NCBI RefSeq assembly: GCF_009914755.1
Contig: NC_060927.1
Direction: 5' to 3' (one strand)
Length of the DNA stretch: 64,000 nucleotides
Source of the DNA: the human T2T-CHM13v2.0 reference genome, Homo sapiens
Positions 44,114 through 55,075 of this stretch are shown here, piece after piece. Under the pieces are notes generated by a model. The model did not search any database. It saw nothing but the letters and a program-made list of their open reading frames with translations, and was not told where the DNA came from. The translations under genes and the position numbers were made by a program. Each line of letters begins with the position of its first letter. Positions within the stretch are counted from its first letter, which is position 1.

Positions 44114-47100
44114 GTTGTTTGGGTTAATTTTCACAGAAAGTCTGTTGGGATTATTTTTAATCATTTGGAAAGAAATGAGTTTTTAAATTAATAAGCATAG
44201 TATATTTCTTCATTACTTTGGGTGCTTTAAATATCTTTTGGTAATATTTGTATTTTTCATTGCAGAGAACCTTTACATTATTATTAAATTATTTTTATGT
44301 CTTTCATGTTTCTATGTGACTGTATATAGTATTTCATGATAGTTATTTCACTGCCAGTATACAGAAACACAATTACCTTGCATGTATCGGCCTTTTATAC
44401 TTTGACCTTGCTAAATTTATCATTTAGGTCTATTTGTTCTTTTCTATTCCATAGTCTGGTTTTCTATGCACATAGCAATGTAATCTATAAACAACGACAG
44501 TGTTTTAGTTTGTTTCTTAATCTCTGTCTTTTTCTTTTATCATCTTTATGAAATTTTAATCTACTTCACTGACTAGTACCTGCAATGTTAAATTGGCAAG
44601 TGCAGAAATTCTTTCACGGTTATGAATTTTAAGGGGGAAATGGTGAAAGGCTTATTAATTAATTCTGCAGGCATTCAATTTTGCAAATACTTCTTTTTCT
44701 GCATTCATTGAGATGATCTTATGATCATAAGATTTGTTCTTTGTTTCATTGTTTTCAAAGGACTTTATTTAATTGGTTAATTTTCAAATGTTAAACCAAT
44801 GAGATGTTTTGTCTTGCTTCAAAAAACTATAAGCAAGACAAAAAAAAAGGAAATAAGCAACATAAAACGCATTTTTATTCAGTGGACTGATGACATAAGA
44901 TTGTCAAAATGTTGATAATTAGGAGATTTGAATGATATGTTCACGACTGTATTTTAGAGTGTTTTCTTTATTTATATATAATCAAAACCCCTTCCAGAGA
45001 ACAATATTGCCCAGTTGGAATATCAGTAATTCTCTTTCACCTATTTCATTCTCATTAAGATAACAAACAAACTGTTCATGTTTTCAGGAATATTAGTTAT
45101 TCTTCTGTTCAGTCGGATGGACTGGTTACTGCCACTTTTGTTACTACATCTTGACTGCAGTGGCAATCAAGAATTAATTTATCTTATGGTTCCATACTAC
45201 GAAGCATTAGGCAACACCTTGGTGGCCAATTGTTTAAATTGTGAAGCTTACATTATTTATAGGACATTGACTTTTTAACAGTGGAACAAATCCTTATTTG
45301 GGTAATTTTTGTATTCAAATCTGCAGACATATTTTATCAATCTTTCAACACTTTATCAGTTTTCAATTAATATTTTATTTCTTCTTTAAGAAAGTCAAGG
45401 ATGAATGCTATCACTTAACACTTGCTTAGGAATTTAAGTGATAAATGCATTTATCTTCTTGGCCAATATTTTGAAAAACCTTAAATCAATTTAATGAAGT
45501 TTTTGTCATCTGTGCTGACTATTTCAGTCTTGATTAATGTGTCTATTGATACAGGTCTATGCTCATTGAAATAGACTTACACAACTATTTAAGATCTCCT
45601 TTCTTCTTTCTTTTTCTTTCCATCTTTATATGTATATTGCAGAAAAATATTGTTAAATTTGATTCATATCAATGCAATTATAATGTAAATCCAATGTAAC
45701 ATATTTAAGGATCATAAATTTGATGAAACATTATATCTTACAAATTATGTTAATTATCTTAAAGTCATATGTATTTAAAGGCTATGCTCATATTTGCAAA
45801 TAGAAACTACAAAAAATTGTTCAAGTCCAACTATGAATTTCTGTCTTACATAATATAATATTAATAAATTCTAATACTATAAACTTTGAAAAGAAGAAAA
45901 TGTTCTTATATTCTATAACAATAAATTTAAGACTTAAAATAATTAATTTAATTAATTAAATGAACTTCAAATAATTGCAGTATCAAACTATATTCTTGAC
46001 AGGTCGACCACAAAGGGAAACAGCTAAGTTCACCTTACTCTCAATAAAATAATTATATTTCCTTTGTAGTTGCTTTTACAATTTTATTGGGACCGTCAAC
46101 ATAATATACGGCTCATCAAACACCTGCCAGCAAAAAATACATTTACATAAACTGTAAACTAGTTAATTCCTTAAAGAGCCCCATGACTTTTGACACATTA
46201 TGCTATAGAATCTAATAAAATTGTATTCTTTTCTTTGGAAAAGTATTTCTTTACCAGTATAAAATCAGTGCTTTACATTGAAAAGATGATCTTTGTTCTT
46301 TATAAACTATGAAATAATGCTCTGAGAAAAAACACCTAATTATGGTAAATGTCTGCTCAACACCATCATGCCATTGTACCCAGTATTTCCAAATTGCTGG
46401 ATATAAGTTCAATAAATATATATTCAAAAGTCTACAGCCTTTTTTGAATTGCCTTTTTGCTTTTGTTGATATAGCTCTTTAGCTCTGATTCTCAGTGTTT
46501 GTTTCTAATACCAGCTAATTATTTGTGAATTAGACAGAAAATACATATAACTTAAATAATATTGACTGGATCCTTTATTTTTCTTGTTTCTCCACCTGTC
46601 TGGATTATCATACCCTCAGCTTCTGCTTCATTCAAATACCCTAAAGCAATAATAATGTTTTCACATAATGTATATCTCCCCCAAAGTTGCGTGCGACCCT
46701 TTCACTCCTGGTGATTAGTTTTTTGTTGTTGTTGTTGTTAAATCAGACATTTAGTTAGTTTTCTTCTCAATTATTTTATAGGCAGCTTTATCTTTTTCCC
46801 ATTCGAAATAATTTCTTTCCTTTGGCATGCTGAACAAAGATATTTTCAGAACAAGAAACTTGGATAATGACTGTGTTTTTCAAGCCTTAAAATTCACTGC
46901 TGTTTTTGGATTGCACATAATTGGATTTATTTCTATGGCCAAAATCACTTGCAAAACTATCAATATTTTATAAAAAGTAGTTCTATCTCTTACTAAATTC
47001 AATAATATTCAGAAATGATGAGCAGATGCTGCTTTCACATTATTTAATAGCATATTACAATCCCACATCATCATGTATATTCTCAAAACAATTGCAGAGA

Positions 47101-47526
47101 GCAAGAAGTAACAAAGCAAGTGTGTAGTTTTTATTAGGGTATTAGGAATAAAAATTGGCATGACAATACACTGTTTTAGGTTCATTAGAACAGTTCTTCA
47201 AATTGTATGCACTAAGATGAATAACCTATCATATCTCAGATAACTGTGGTGAACGAAGTACATAGGAACAGTTTGCCTCAGCATAAATAGTATACATGTG
47301 AATTAATTACTTTTTTCCTGTAAAGCAGCATCAGAAACATTTAGAATAAGGCTGTTATAATAATTTAATCATAATTGATTCAAGGAAAATTATTAATCAT
47401 ATTAGGTGCTCTTCAATAAATCCACATTTATAGTTTTGGGGAAAGTTTTCTAAATGCACTTGTGCTTAAAAGTGTGATACCTTCAGCTTAAGAGTATGTA
47501 AATTCCTCATTTTTTAAATCAAGTAC

Positions 47527-48013
47527 ATTTGGCCCTTGAACATTGCAGAGACTGGGGCGTCAACAGCTTGCATAGGCAGGAATCCATGTATAACTTTTGA
47601 CTGCCTCAAAACTTAGCTGCTAATAAGCTACTATTGACCAGAAGCCTTGCAGACAACACACCCAGTAGATTAACATGTATTTTGCATGCCATCTCTATTA
47701 AATACTGTATTCTTACTAGAAAAAAGAAAATGCCATGAAGAATATCATAAGAAAAATATATTTACTATTTAGTAAGTGAAAGTGGATCATCATAAAGATA
47801 TTTTATTATTTTATTTATTTTTTGACTTTTAGGTTCAAACATGTGCAGATTTGTTAGATAGGTATCATAAAGGTCTTCATCTTTATGGCCTCTCTGTTGA
47901 GTAGGCTGAGGATGAGGAGGAAGAGGAGAGGTTGGTCTTGCTGTCTCAGAGGTGGCAGAGAAGAAAGAAAATCTGAATATTACTCAAATTTGTGTTGCTC
48001 AATGGTCATCTCT
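47527..48013. mobile_element. Tigger2a-like TcMar DNA transposon
   Basis: ta-catttggcccttgaaca terminal repeat; atccatgtataacttttgact...ctactattgaccagaagcctt; gaggaggaagaggagaggttggtcttgctgtctcag; degenerate opposite terminal repeat. Confidence 0.8.
47798..47863 (-). mobile_element. Tiny 5'-truncated L1P 3'-end insertion
   Basis: T-rich tail plus gacttttaggttcaaacatgtgcagatttgttagataggt; TSD atcataaag at 47789-47797 and 47864-47872. Confidence 0.7.
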
Positions 48014-48443
48014 ATTTATAAACTACACTGATAGACCCCAAATACATTCAATTTACTTTATTTAAAAATTCATTTTAAAAAATCTTAAAAAAATACTTCT
48101 CCTATGTATCACAAGTAACTGCCTCTTGTATGTTACTGATCGAGTGTTGCTCAAGCAGCCTGTATGTTGTAATTTAGTCCAGAACAAATCTCTACTTTTC
48201 ATGAATACAAATTAGCAATTCAAATCTTCAATCTCTTTGAATTTTCTTTAGGAACTAGATACTTTGGGAAATTTCACCTGTAAATAATATAAGCTAAGAA
48301 TATATATTGCAGAATCAACTTTAGAAAAATGTTGTGCTCAGTTTTTCTTAGATAAAATTTCTCTGCATAAACTTTCAAATGTAAATTGGTCTCTTACTTG
48401 CTTACATACCCCTTTCTATGCATTAAGAAGAATTATGCTTGCT

Positions 48444-48865
48444 GTGGTAGGCAGTACCCCCCCCCCCCATCCCACAAATATTTTACTTTGCATGCCTACA
48501 TGGTAAAAGGGACTTTGCAGTTGTGATTAAGGTTAAGGACCTCAAGATGAAGGAATTATCTTGGAATATTCTGCTGGCCCTAATCTAATCATGTGGGTCC
48601 TTAAAACTGAAGAACCAGTTTCAGCTGTGGTCAGAGAAAGAGAATGAGGATTGAAGAGGGTCAGAAAGAATGCATATGACCTTCAGGCATTGGAAAACTC
48701 AAGAAAATGGATTCTCCCTAGAACTTCCAGAGGAGAATGCAGCCCTGTCAACACCTTGATTTTAGCCTAGTAAACACCATTTCAGACTGCTGACAACCAG
48801 AACTGTCAGATAATAAATTTTTATCATTTAAAGCCACTACGTGTGTTTAGTGAAAGAAACTAAGG
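48444..48865 (+). mobile_element. MLT1D-type LTR
   Basis: tgtggtaggcag...catggtaaaagggactttgcagttgtgattaaggttaagg...gattctccctagaacttccag...tttaaagccacta. Confidence 0.85.
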
Positions 48866-48869
48866 CCTC

Positions 48870-51150
48870 CACAAATGCAGCTGAAATAAAGAATTCAACT
48901 AATATTCATCACTCGGGTATTTAAAAATTCATTCCAGATTCCCTTCATCTTCAACTAGGACTGCTGCTAGTCTGGATGGTTTAACTGGTGGCTTGACCCA
49001 GCCCCACATCCCTGAGGAGTTTGAGGCAACTGATACCATGCACTTCTTAGTCTCTAATTGCTTTACTTGTCCACTTATCATCAAACTTTGGGCAGTACTA
49101 AATGACTTAATGAATCTACTTGGCTCCAAATTATGTATCCCACAGTATGTAATCACACTTCTACCTCCTTCTGATCAGGGTCAATTGTGCTGGCAGAATG
49201 ACAATTCATTTTCTTTCCTGCTGGTCTGTTGACATAAGTAGTCTAAAGTTATATGGTAGAAGATGAGATTTCCCTGGTGGAATATTTTTTTTTTCCTATA
49301 AGAATAAACACTTGCAGGCCCGCAGGGCCTAGATTTGTGGGATAAGAAGCACAATTTCTTCAAGTGACTGAATTGTAGTTATGATAATTAGTGTCATTCT
49401 TATTTCCATCTCTTAATTCCCAGTCCTATGTCATCCTCTCAGGTATCATCTCTAAGTTTGCACTTTAGCTCTACCTTCTACAGGCCGTTCCAGTGTTCTA
49501 TCAGGCAAGCAGCATCTGAGCAGTATAGTATTGGATAGGGCCAGTAGATGGAATATGACAGTCATGTGACCACTCCTGCAAGTCCTTTGCCATACAATAG
49601 AGACCATGAGTTGGTGAGATGTTGTTGTGGACCCTTATTGGTAGATCAAGCACTTTGTAAGCCCTCAGATAAGAATTTTCTGAAGCTCTATGAGCAGGAA
49701 AGGTAGACCTACATCCAGAATATGGATATATTGCATTTAAGATGAATCACTCCCTTTTCCAGAAAAGAAAAGATTCAAAGTAATCAAATCCCCAAATGTA
49801 CCTGGTTGACATTCTGGAGAGATGTTACCATTTCAAAGACTTAGTGTTAGTCTGCTCCTGGCAAATTAACACCAGCAGCAGTAACTAGATTCATAGCCAT
49901 GGAGTGGGAGGTCATATTGTCAGGTCTAAGAATAGCCACCATTCCTGCCTCCGTGGATAATGCATTCATGTGTTTATTAGGCCAGCACATGAATGAATTT
50001 ATTAGGGTGGCTGATGACAGAATCTGGCTGGTATAAACTAGTTGAGTCATTTTATCTACTTGGTTGTTTAGCACCTCTTCTAAGAAGGATGGTATCTGGT
50101 GGGCTATACATGGGCTATACAAAGTTTCTTTGACTTTATACCCACTCCTCTGAGTCTTTCAATCCCTTATTCTACTGTCTGGCAATGAGGTGCTGGCATT
50201 TTATTTATTTATGTATTTTTCTATCTTTCTATCCATTTATTTACTTATTTATTTAAGAGACAGGGTCTTACTCTGTCACCAGGTTGGAGTACAGTGGTGA
50301 GATCATAGCCACCTCAGCCTCCCAAGTAGCTAGGAGTTAGGACTCTAGGTGCACTGCACCAGGCCAGGCTGCTTTTTTGTTTTTGTTTTGATTTGTTTTT
50401 TTGGTGTTTTCCAAGCAGGTCTAGAATTCTTGGTCTCAAGTGATCCTCCCTTCTCAGCCTCCCAAAGCACTGGAATTGCAGGTGTGAGCTGCCACACCGC
50501 AGCTAATGCTGGCATTTTTACTTCACTTAATGTGCACCATTTTTACTCTAAATTCCCAAGAGTCATAATAACAGTGAGTTCTCACCCTGCCCTGGAGTCA
50601 CATTGTTAACACATTGTTAAATTCTGTATCCTAAGAAAGTGCTCACATATTTATCAACTCTCTCTCTTTAGCACATTGTAGAGCAGTAAGGAGTGGGCTA
50701 CACCCTCAAACTCAGAAGATTAAAGGCAAGTTGTTCAATGGATTCTCAGGTTTTACCTATATCATGTCTAAGGGTCCACTTTCTTCTTGGTGTATGTGAC
50801 GTGCAGGTCTGATAATTCAACCAACTCTGGAGATCTGCCCTTATGATAATGTCTTTGTCTTGGAATGCTACTTTTCTGCCCTCTAGTTGGAGGAAATGAG
50901 ATTCTCTTCTTAGGTTTCCAGGGAGGCCTTCTGGCTTTCACTCTTAGCATTTAATTGCTAGATAATCACCCTCAGCCTTTTGTTTTCTTTTATTAAAGTA
51001 TCTATTGCCCCTAGCAACAACCAACTAATTCTACAGTTCCTGTAATAGCTTTTTCTCATATTTCTGGAGCCTGATACATTTCACCTTCAATGCACATTCA
51101 CTTTCACTAGTATATCATCTCTACTTATCACCATTAAAACTTCTAACAAT
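48870..51150 (-). mobile_element. ERVL internal remnant (ERV3-16A3/ERVL-like pol: RNaseH-integrase)
   Basis: - strand peptides EEVLNNQVDKMTQLVYTSQILSSAT and AKDLQEWSH...YWPY...AACLIEHWN match ERVL RNaseH/integrase motifs (cf. HPEAAGLIERWN); frameshifted. Confidence 0.75.
50203..50504 (-). mobile_element. AluJ, antisense, internally deleted
   Basis: gagacagggtcttactctgtcacc...ctcaagtgatcctcccttctcagcctcccaaag; TSD tgctggcatttt at 50191-50202 and 50507-50518. Confidence 0.85.
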
Positions 51151-51193
51151 TGCGTTATTGCTGTGGCAGGCCACCAGAAGGTATTAGAGCTCA

Positions 51194-51254
51194 CAAAAAC
51201 AAAACAAAACAAAACAAAAAACAACAAAAAAACCATAAAAACAAAAACAAAAAC
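51194..51254. repeat. (CAAAA)n simple repeat
   Basis: caaaaacaaaacaaaacaaaacaaaaaacaac... Confidence 0.85.
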
Positions 51255-51302
51255 AGAAATAACACTTTACAACGTGCTTCCTCGAACACTTCTGGCACTA
51301 AC

Positions 51303-51725
51303 TGTGATAGGTCTGGTGCTCTGGGAAACAGGCCGTGAAAGGGAGATCTGTGTCCAGGAAATTAATGGGAGTGCATTAGGAAGAAACAACTGTACTGAAG
51401 AGAGGGAAGCAGAATAGGGGAACAGAGCAGTTCTGCTGCAATGCAGTCAAAACAAAGACCTCCTCTGATCCCACAGGAAATTCTGAAGTCAGCAGGGCTC
51501 TTTAAAGTTGTCGAAATTTAGGCCAACTGGCCGAATTTTTGTATTCTTACATTGATCAGTCACTGGATATAGGAGGTAATGCATCCTTCAGAGAAGCAGA
51601 TTCTTTAGATGGCGTCTTGGAAAGAGACTCAGCTGTGAGTTCTCAGTAGGGAATATACCTGGGAGCCAAGGAAATGAGTGCCTCCCTCTTCAAAGGTAAT
51701 CTGGGTAGTTGGTGCTCTGTAGCAC
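51303..51725 (-). mobile_element. LTR16-like ERVL LTR, likely the 5' LTR of the adjacent provirus remnant
   Basis: ctgggaaacagg...gggagtgcattagg...gggaagcagaatagggg...ctgcaatgcagtc...atcccacaggaaattctgaag resembles antisense LTR16. Confidence 0.65.
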
Positions 51726-53122
51726 ACATTCCAGAGTTTTAGACCAATATATGCTCAAACTTCAATATGAGCTTCAATGTATGCTTTATTTTTTCTTAGC
51801 CTACAAATTATTCAATTAAAAAAATACACAAATTTCTACATGATACGTTTGTGAAAAGTAAGCTGTTTCTCTCTGGTTGAAAGTTGTGTTCTACTTTTTA
51901 ATTTAGGAATATTTCATGAGTATTACTGATCCTTAAATGAGAGTAGACTGATTCAGGTCTGCAATTTATCGCTAAAGAATGAAGTTGATTTTTCTTTGGT
52001 CTTTCTTCCCTATTTACTTATTTATCGTAAGAATCCTTCTCTCAGATCTTCAACTAGAGCACTCATTCTATGCACATCCCCTAGTCAAGTTTTTTTTTTT
52101 TTAATCACTTAGGTCTCATGACTGTGATGACTTAGGCAGATACTTTTTATGATATTATAAGGGATATAACTTGAAGTAGCTTGTGCTTGGAATTTCAATG
52201 TATCAGAGAATGAATGTAGAGCAAAATATGTCCCTCTGATTATCTAATAGTTCTTTGAGGCTTAGCACTTTACCTTTGCTAATTTCCCCAAATATGCAAC
52301 TTCACTCATTATTCACTTCCATAATTGCCTAGGTAGCATTTCTAAGATTTACACTTACATATTTCTTGTAGAAGAGAGGCAATAATGGGTTGTAGTGCAG
52401 GGTGAAAAAGACCTAATTACCTGGGAAATTTTGTGAACATTAGTGAAAAGCTTCCCATCAGGTCAACTGGGAAAACATCACTCATTGGATAAAATGATAA
52501 TATGTGAAAGTTGTAAGAGTTTAAATTTTCTACACAACATTGCTTGGGTTTCATCACTTTTGTGCCAGAGCCCACAATTTCAACTTTATTAAATAAAATG
52601 TTCTCAGTGTTCCTGGCATAATTGACTAATATGCCTGTTTTCCTGGGCATTTGAACCTCTGAATCTATGTGTTTTCATAAATATTTTAATGAGATCATAT
52701 GAGAGATTACAAAGCAGGTATTAATAGCATATATTGGAAGCCTCTGTATCCTTTTAAAAATGTTAAAATAAATAAAAAAGCATAAAGAAAATAATATAAA
52801 AGACATAATAATTATTTAGGTTGTAAGAAATAGAAATACACACATCTTACTCAAGAAAAAAACTCTGGTAAATTTTAGGCTTGAAACTTTATTACTGTTA
52901 ACCTTCACTTCATAAGTGTGCTGGAAAGTGCATTATTCAAGCAGTCTGACATAGGTTAACAAGACTTAGTTTTTCTCTAAGCAATGAGAATATCATTTCT
53001 GTTTATCTAAAAAGATAAACTATAAAAGTCGTATAAATTTTAAGGAAAATAGAAATACTCAAAAATTAACAGGATTGATAGAATTTTGCCAGCTATAAAA
53101 CAATAGGATTAAAAAAGGCCTT

Positions 53123-53176
53123 TTTGAATCCGGTGTCTGGTGTCTGAGGGGTTTTGTCCCTGGCTCATCCAGACCA
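53123..53176 (+). mobile_element. U5 end of a HERV-E/LTR2-like LTR
   Basis: aatccggtgtct(ggtgtct)gaggggttttgtccctggctcatcc...ca followed by tttct and the Glu PBS tggttccctgaccgggaa, as in the recalled HERV-E LTR-leader junction. Confidence 0.7.
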
Positions 53177-53181
53177 TTTCT

Positions 53182-53242
53182 TGGTTCCCTGACCGGGAAT
53201 TGAACCCGGGTCGTGGCGGTGAGAGCGCCAAATCCTAACCAC
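53182..53242 (-). tRNA. tRNA-Glu(CTC)-derived sequence, 5'-truncated (~14 nt missing), CCA encoded; not a functional tRNA gene
   Basis: - strand gtggttaggatttggcgctCTCaccgccacgacccgggttcaattcccggtcagggaaCCA; 57/61 match to tRNA-Glu-CTC as recalled, 3 of the 4 mismatches are CpG transitions; anticodon at 53221-53223. Confidence 0.92.
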
Positions 53243-53987
53243 AGGTATAATAATAATAAAAAAAAAAAAGAACAGAATTAACAAAGTTACTAGATAAATA
53301 CACACACACGTGCTCACACAATAAAAAAAAAAGGCCTTAGAGTCTCACATTTCAGAGTTGCAGAAAGGCAGCAAGTTGTTGAAGTTTAATAGGGAGAGCA
53401 TGATTTGGGAAATGAGAAAATATATAATGATGATAAGAAATCTTTACAGAGTGAAGCTGCTTGAACATCTTTCCATAATTTAAAAATAAGACTAGAAATA
53501 TTTTCCTCTGGTTTGTAGTGGTAATAACTTACTGAACTCTGGCCCTCCTATATTGGTGAGATTGGAATGTCAAAACAAATTATATATCATATGGTTTTCA
53601 TTGTCAAGATATAAACAAACACTAAATATTTCTAATTTTGGCATAATCACCCAGTCATGTGTTACAATTTTTTTTTATTTTTGTATAACATCTTCAAAGT
53701 TAACTGTGCCAAAAAAAAGTAATATAAAAGTGAGGGAAAAGTAAAACGTTGCTTTAAATAATAATCACAAAAATAGTACCTTTTGTGTGTGATCTAATTA
53801 CATGGAAATTTTTACAATGGTTAAATACTTAATTCAACTAAAAAGGCAAGTATTCTTAATATTCTTATCATTTTCCCCTAAACCAACCCCAAAAAATTAA
53901 TCTAGAGTAAAATTATAGTAATAAAATGTCTTTAAAACCAGTCACCTGATCTAGATGTAATTGTATCACACTCTGTGGTACAATTTA

Positions 53988-54310
53988 TTTTATTTTATTT
54001 ATTTTATTTTATTTTTTATTTTTTTTTTTAGAGACAGAGTCTCACTCTGTCACCCAGGCTGGAGTGTACAATCTCAGCTCATGGCAACCTCTGCCTCCTG
54101 AGCTGAATGAAGTGATTCTCCTGGCTTAGCCTCCTGAGTAGTTGGGATTACATGCACCCACCAGGACGCCTGGCTAATTTTTGTATTTTTAGTAGAGACG
54201 GGGTTTTGCCAGGTTGGTCAGGCTGGTCTTGAACTCCTGACCTCAGGTGATCCACCCTCCTTGGCCTCCCAAAGTGCTGGGATTACAGGTGTGAGCCACC
54301 GTGACTGGCC
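53988..54310 (-). mobile_element. AluSx/Sz, antisense
   Basis: Full dimer, (TTTTA)n tail; TSD tgtggtacaattta at 53974-53987 and tgtgatacaattta at 54311-54324. Confidence 0.93.
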
Positions 54311-54669
54311 TGTGATACAATTTATTATGATGTTTTTAATCTGGGTAGAGTTTATTTTTATTATTATAATCATAGAGATAGAAAAATATAGATGCTTATA
54401 AATATATATATATTTTGGAGAAACTTAGAGAACTTATATATATATACACATGTTTTTATATATGTATGAATACTCTGCTTAAGGTGATAATTACTTTTTC
54501 TAAGGATACAAATTGCAAATTCTTTTCAGGATATTTTATTAAATCAAATTCACTTTCTCTAAAAGAGAACTTCTTGTGTTATCTTACTTGTATTTGACTA
54601 TGAAGGGAAAGCATTTGTTTTAGGAAGTGATTAAAATCATTATTATCACTAAAATACAAATATAATATT

Positions 54670-54865
54670 TATTAATACTTTAATAGGCTTATATGTGTTA
54701 GGCACCATTCTAATTGCTTTATATTTATTAACTATAAATTACATTAACTTATCTAAACTTCAGAATAGCTCTTTGACATAAGTACTAAAAGTATCCCCAT
54801 ATTACAAATGATGAAACTGAAGAAGAAAGTTTAATTACTCCGTCAATTTTTCAAAGTTGGTAAAT
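54670..54865 (-). mobile_element. MIR SINE
   Basis: tatgtgttaggcaccattctaa...tatccccatattacaaatgatgaaactga is the MIR core. Confidence 0.75.
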
Positions 54866-54904
54866 ATTTGTAAAATACTACTACTACTACTACTAATAAT
54901 AATA

Positions 54905-55075
54905 AATTGGCTGGTCTTTGTTCCCTGTTCCTGAGAGTAAGCCTAGAAACCCTTGAAATTTCCATAATTATAGGTGTTTCTTTGTGATTCTCAGTGAGCC
55001 ACTCAGACAATACTTAATAGGTCATGTTAAAAAGCTGACCCCTGGATAGTTTATGCTAAATAGATAATTCCGGAC
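54905..55075 (+). mobile_element. MER21/MER77-like LTR fragment
   Basis: ggtctttgttccctgttcctgagag...aaacccttgaaatttcc...agtttatgctaaa. Confidence 0.5.

Larger units (their letters stand above)
40850..44800 (-). mobile_element. L1M (MC/MD/ME) 3' region in several pieces, interrupted by Alus and LTRs
   Basis: tttcactcaacataatatttttgagatttctccatgttg; ccattttacactcccaccaacaatgtataagagttccagtt; ttttcccagtttgtggcttgctttttcattt. Confidence 0.75.

Noticed and set aside
53182-53242. Functional tRNA-Glu gene
   Set aside because: Lacks the 5' acceptor strand and part of the A box, and has genomically encoded CCA
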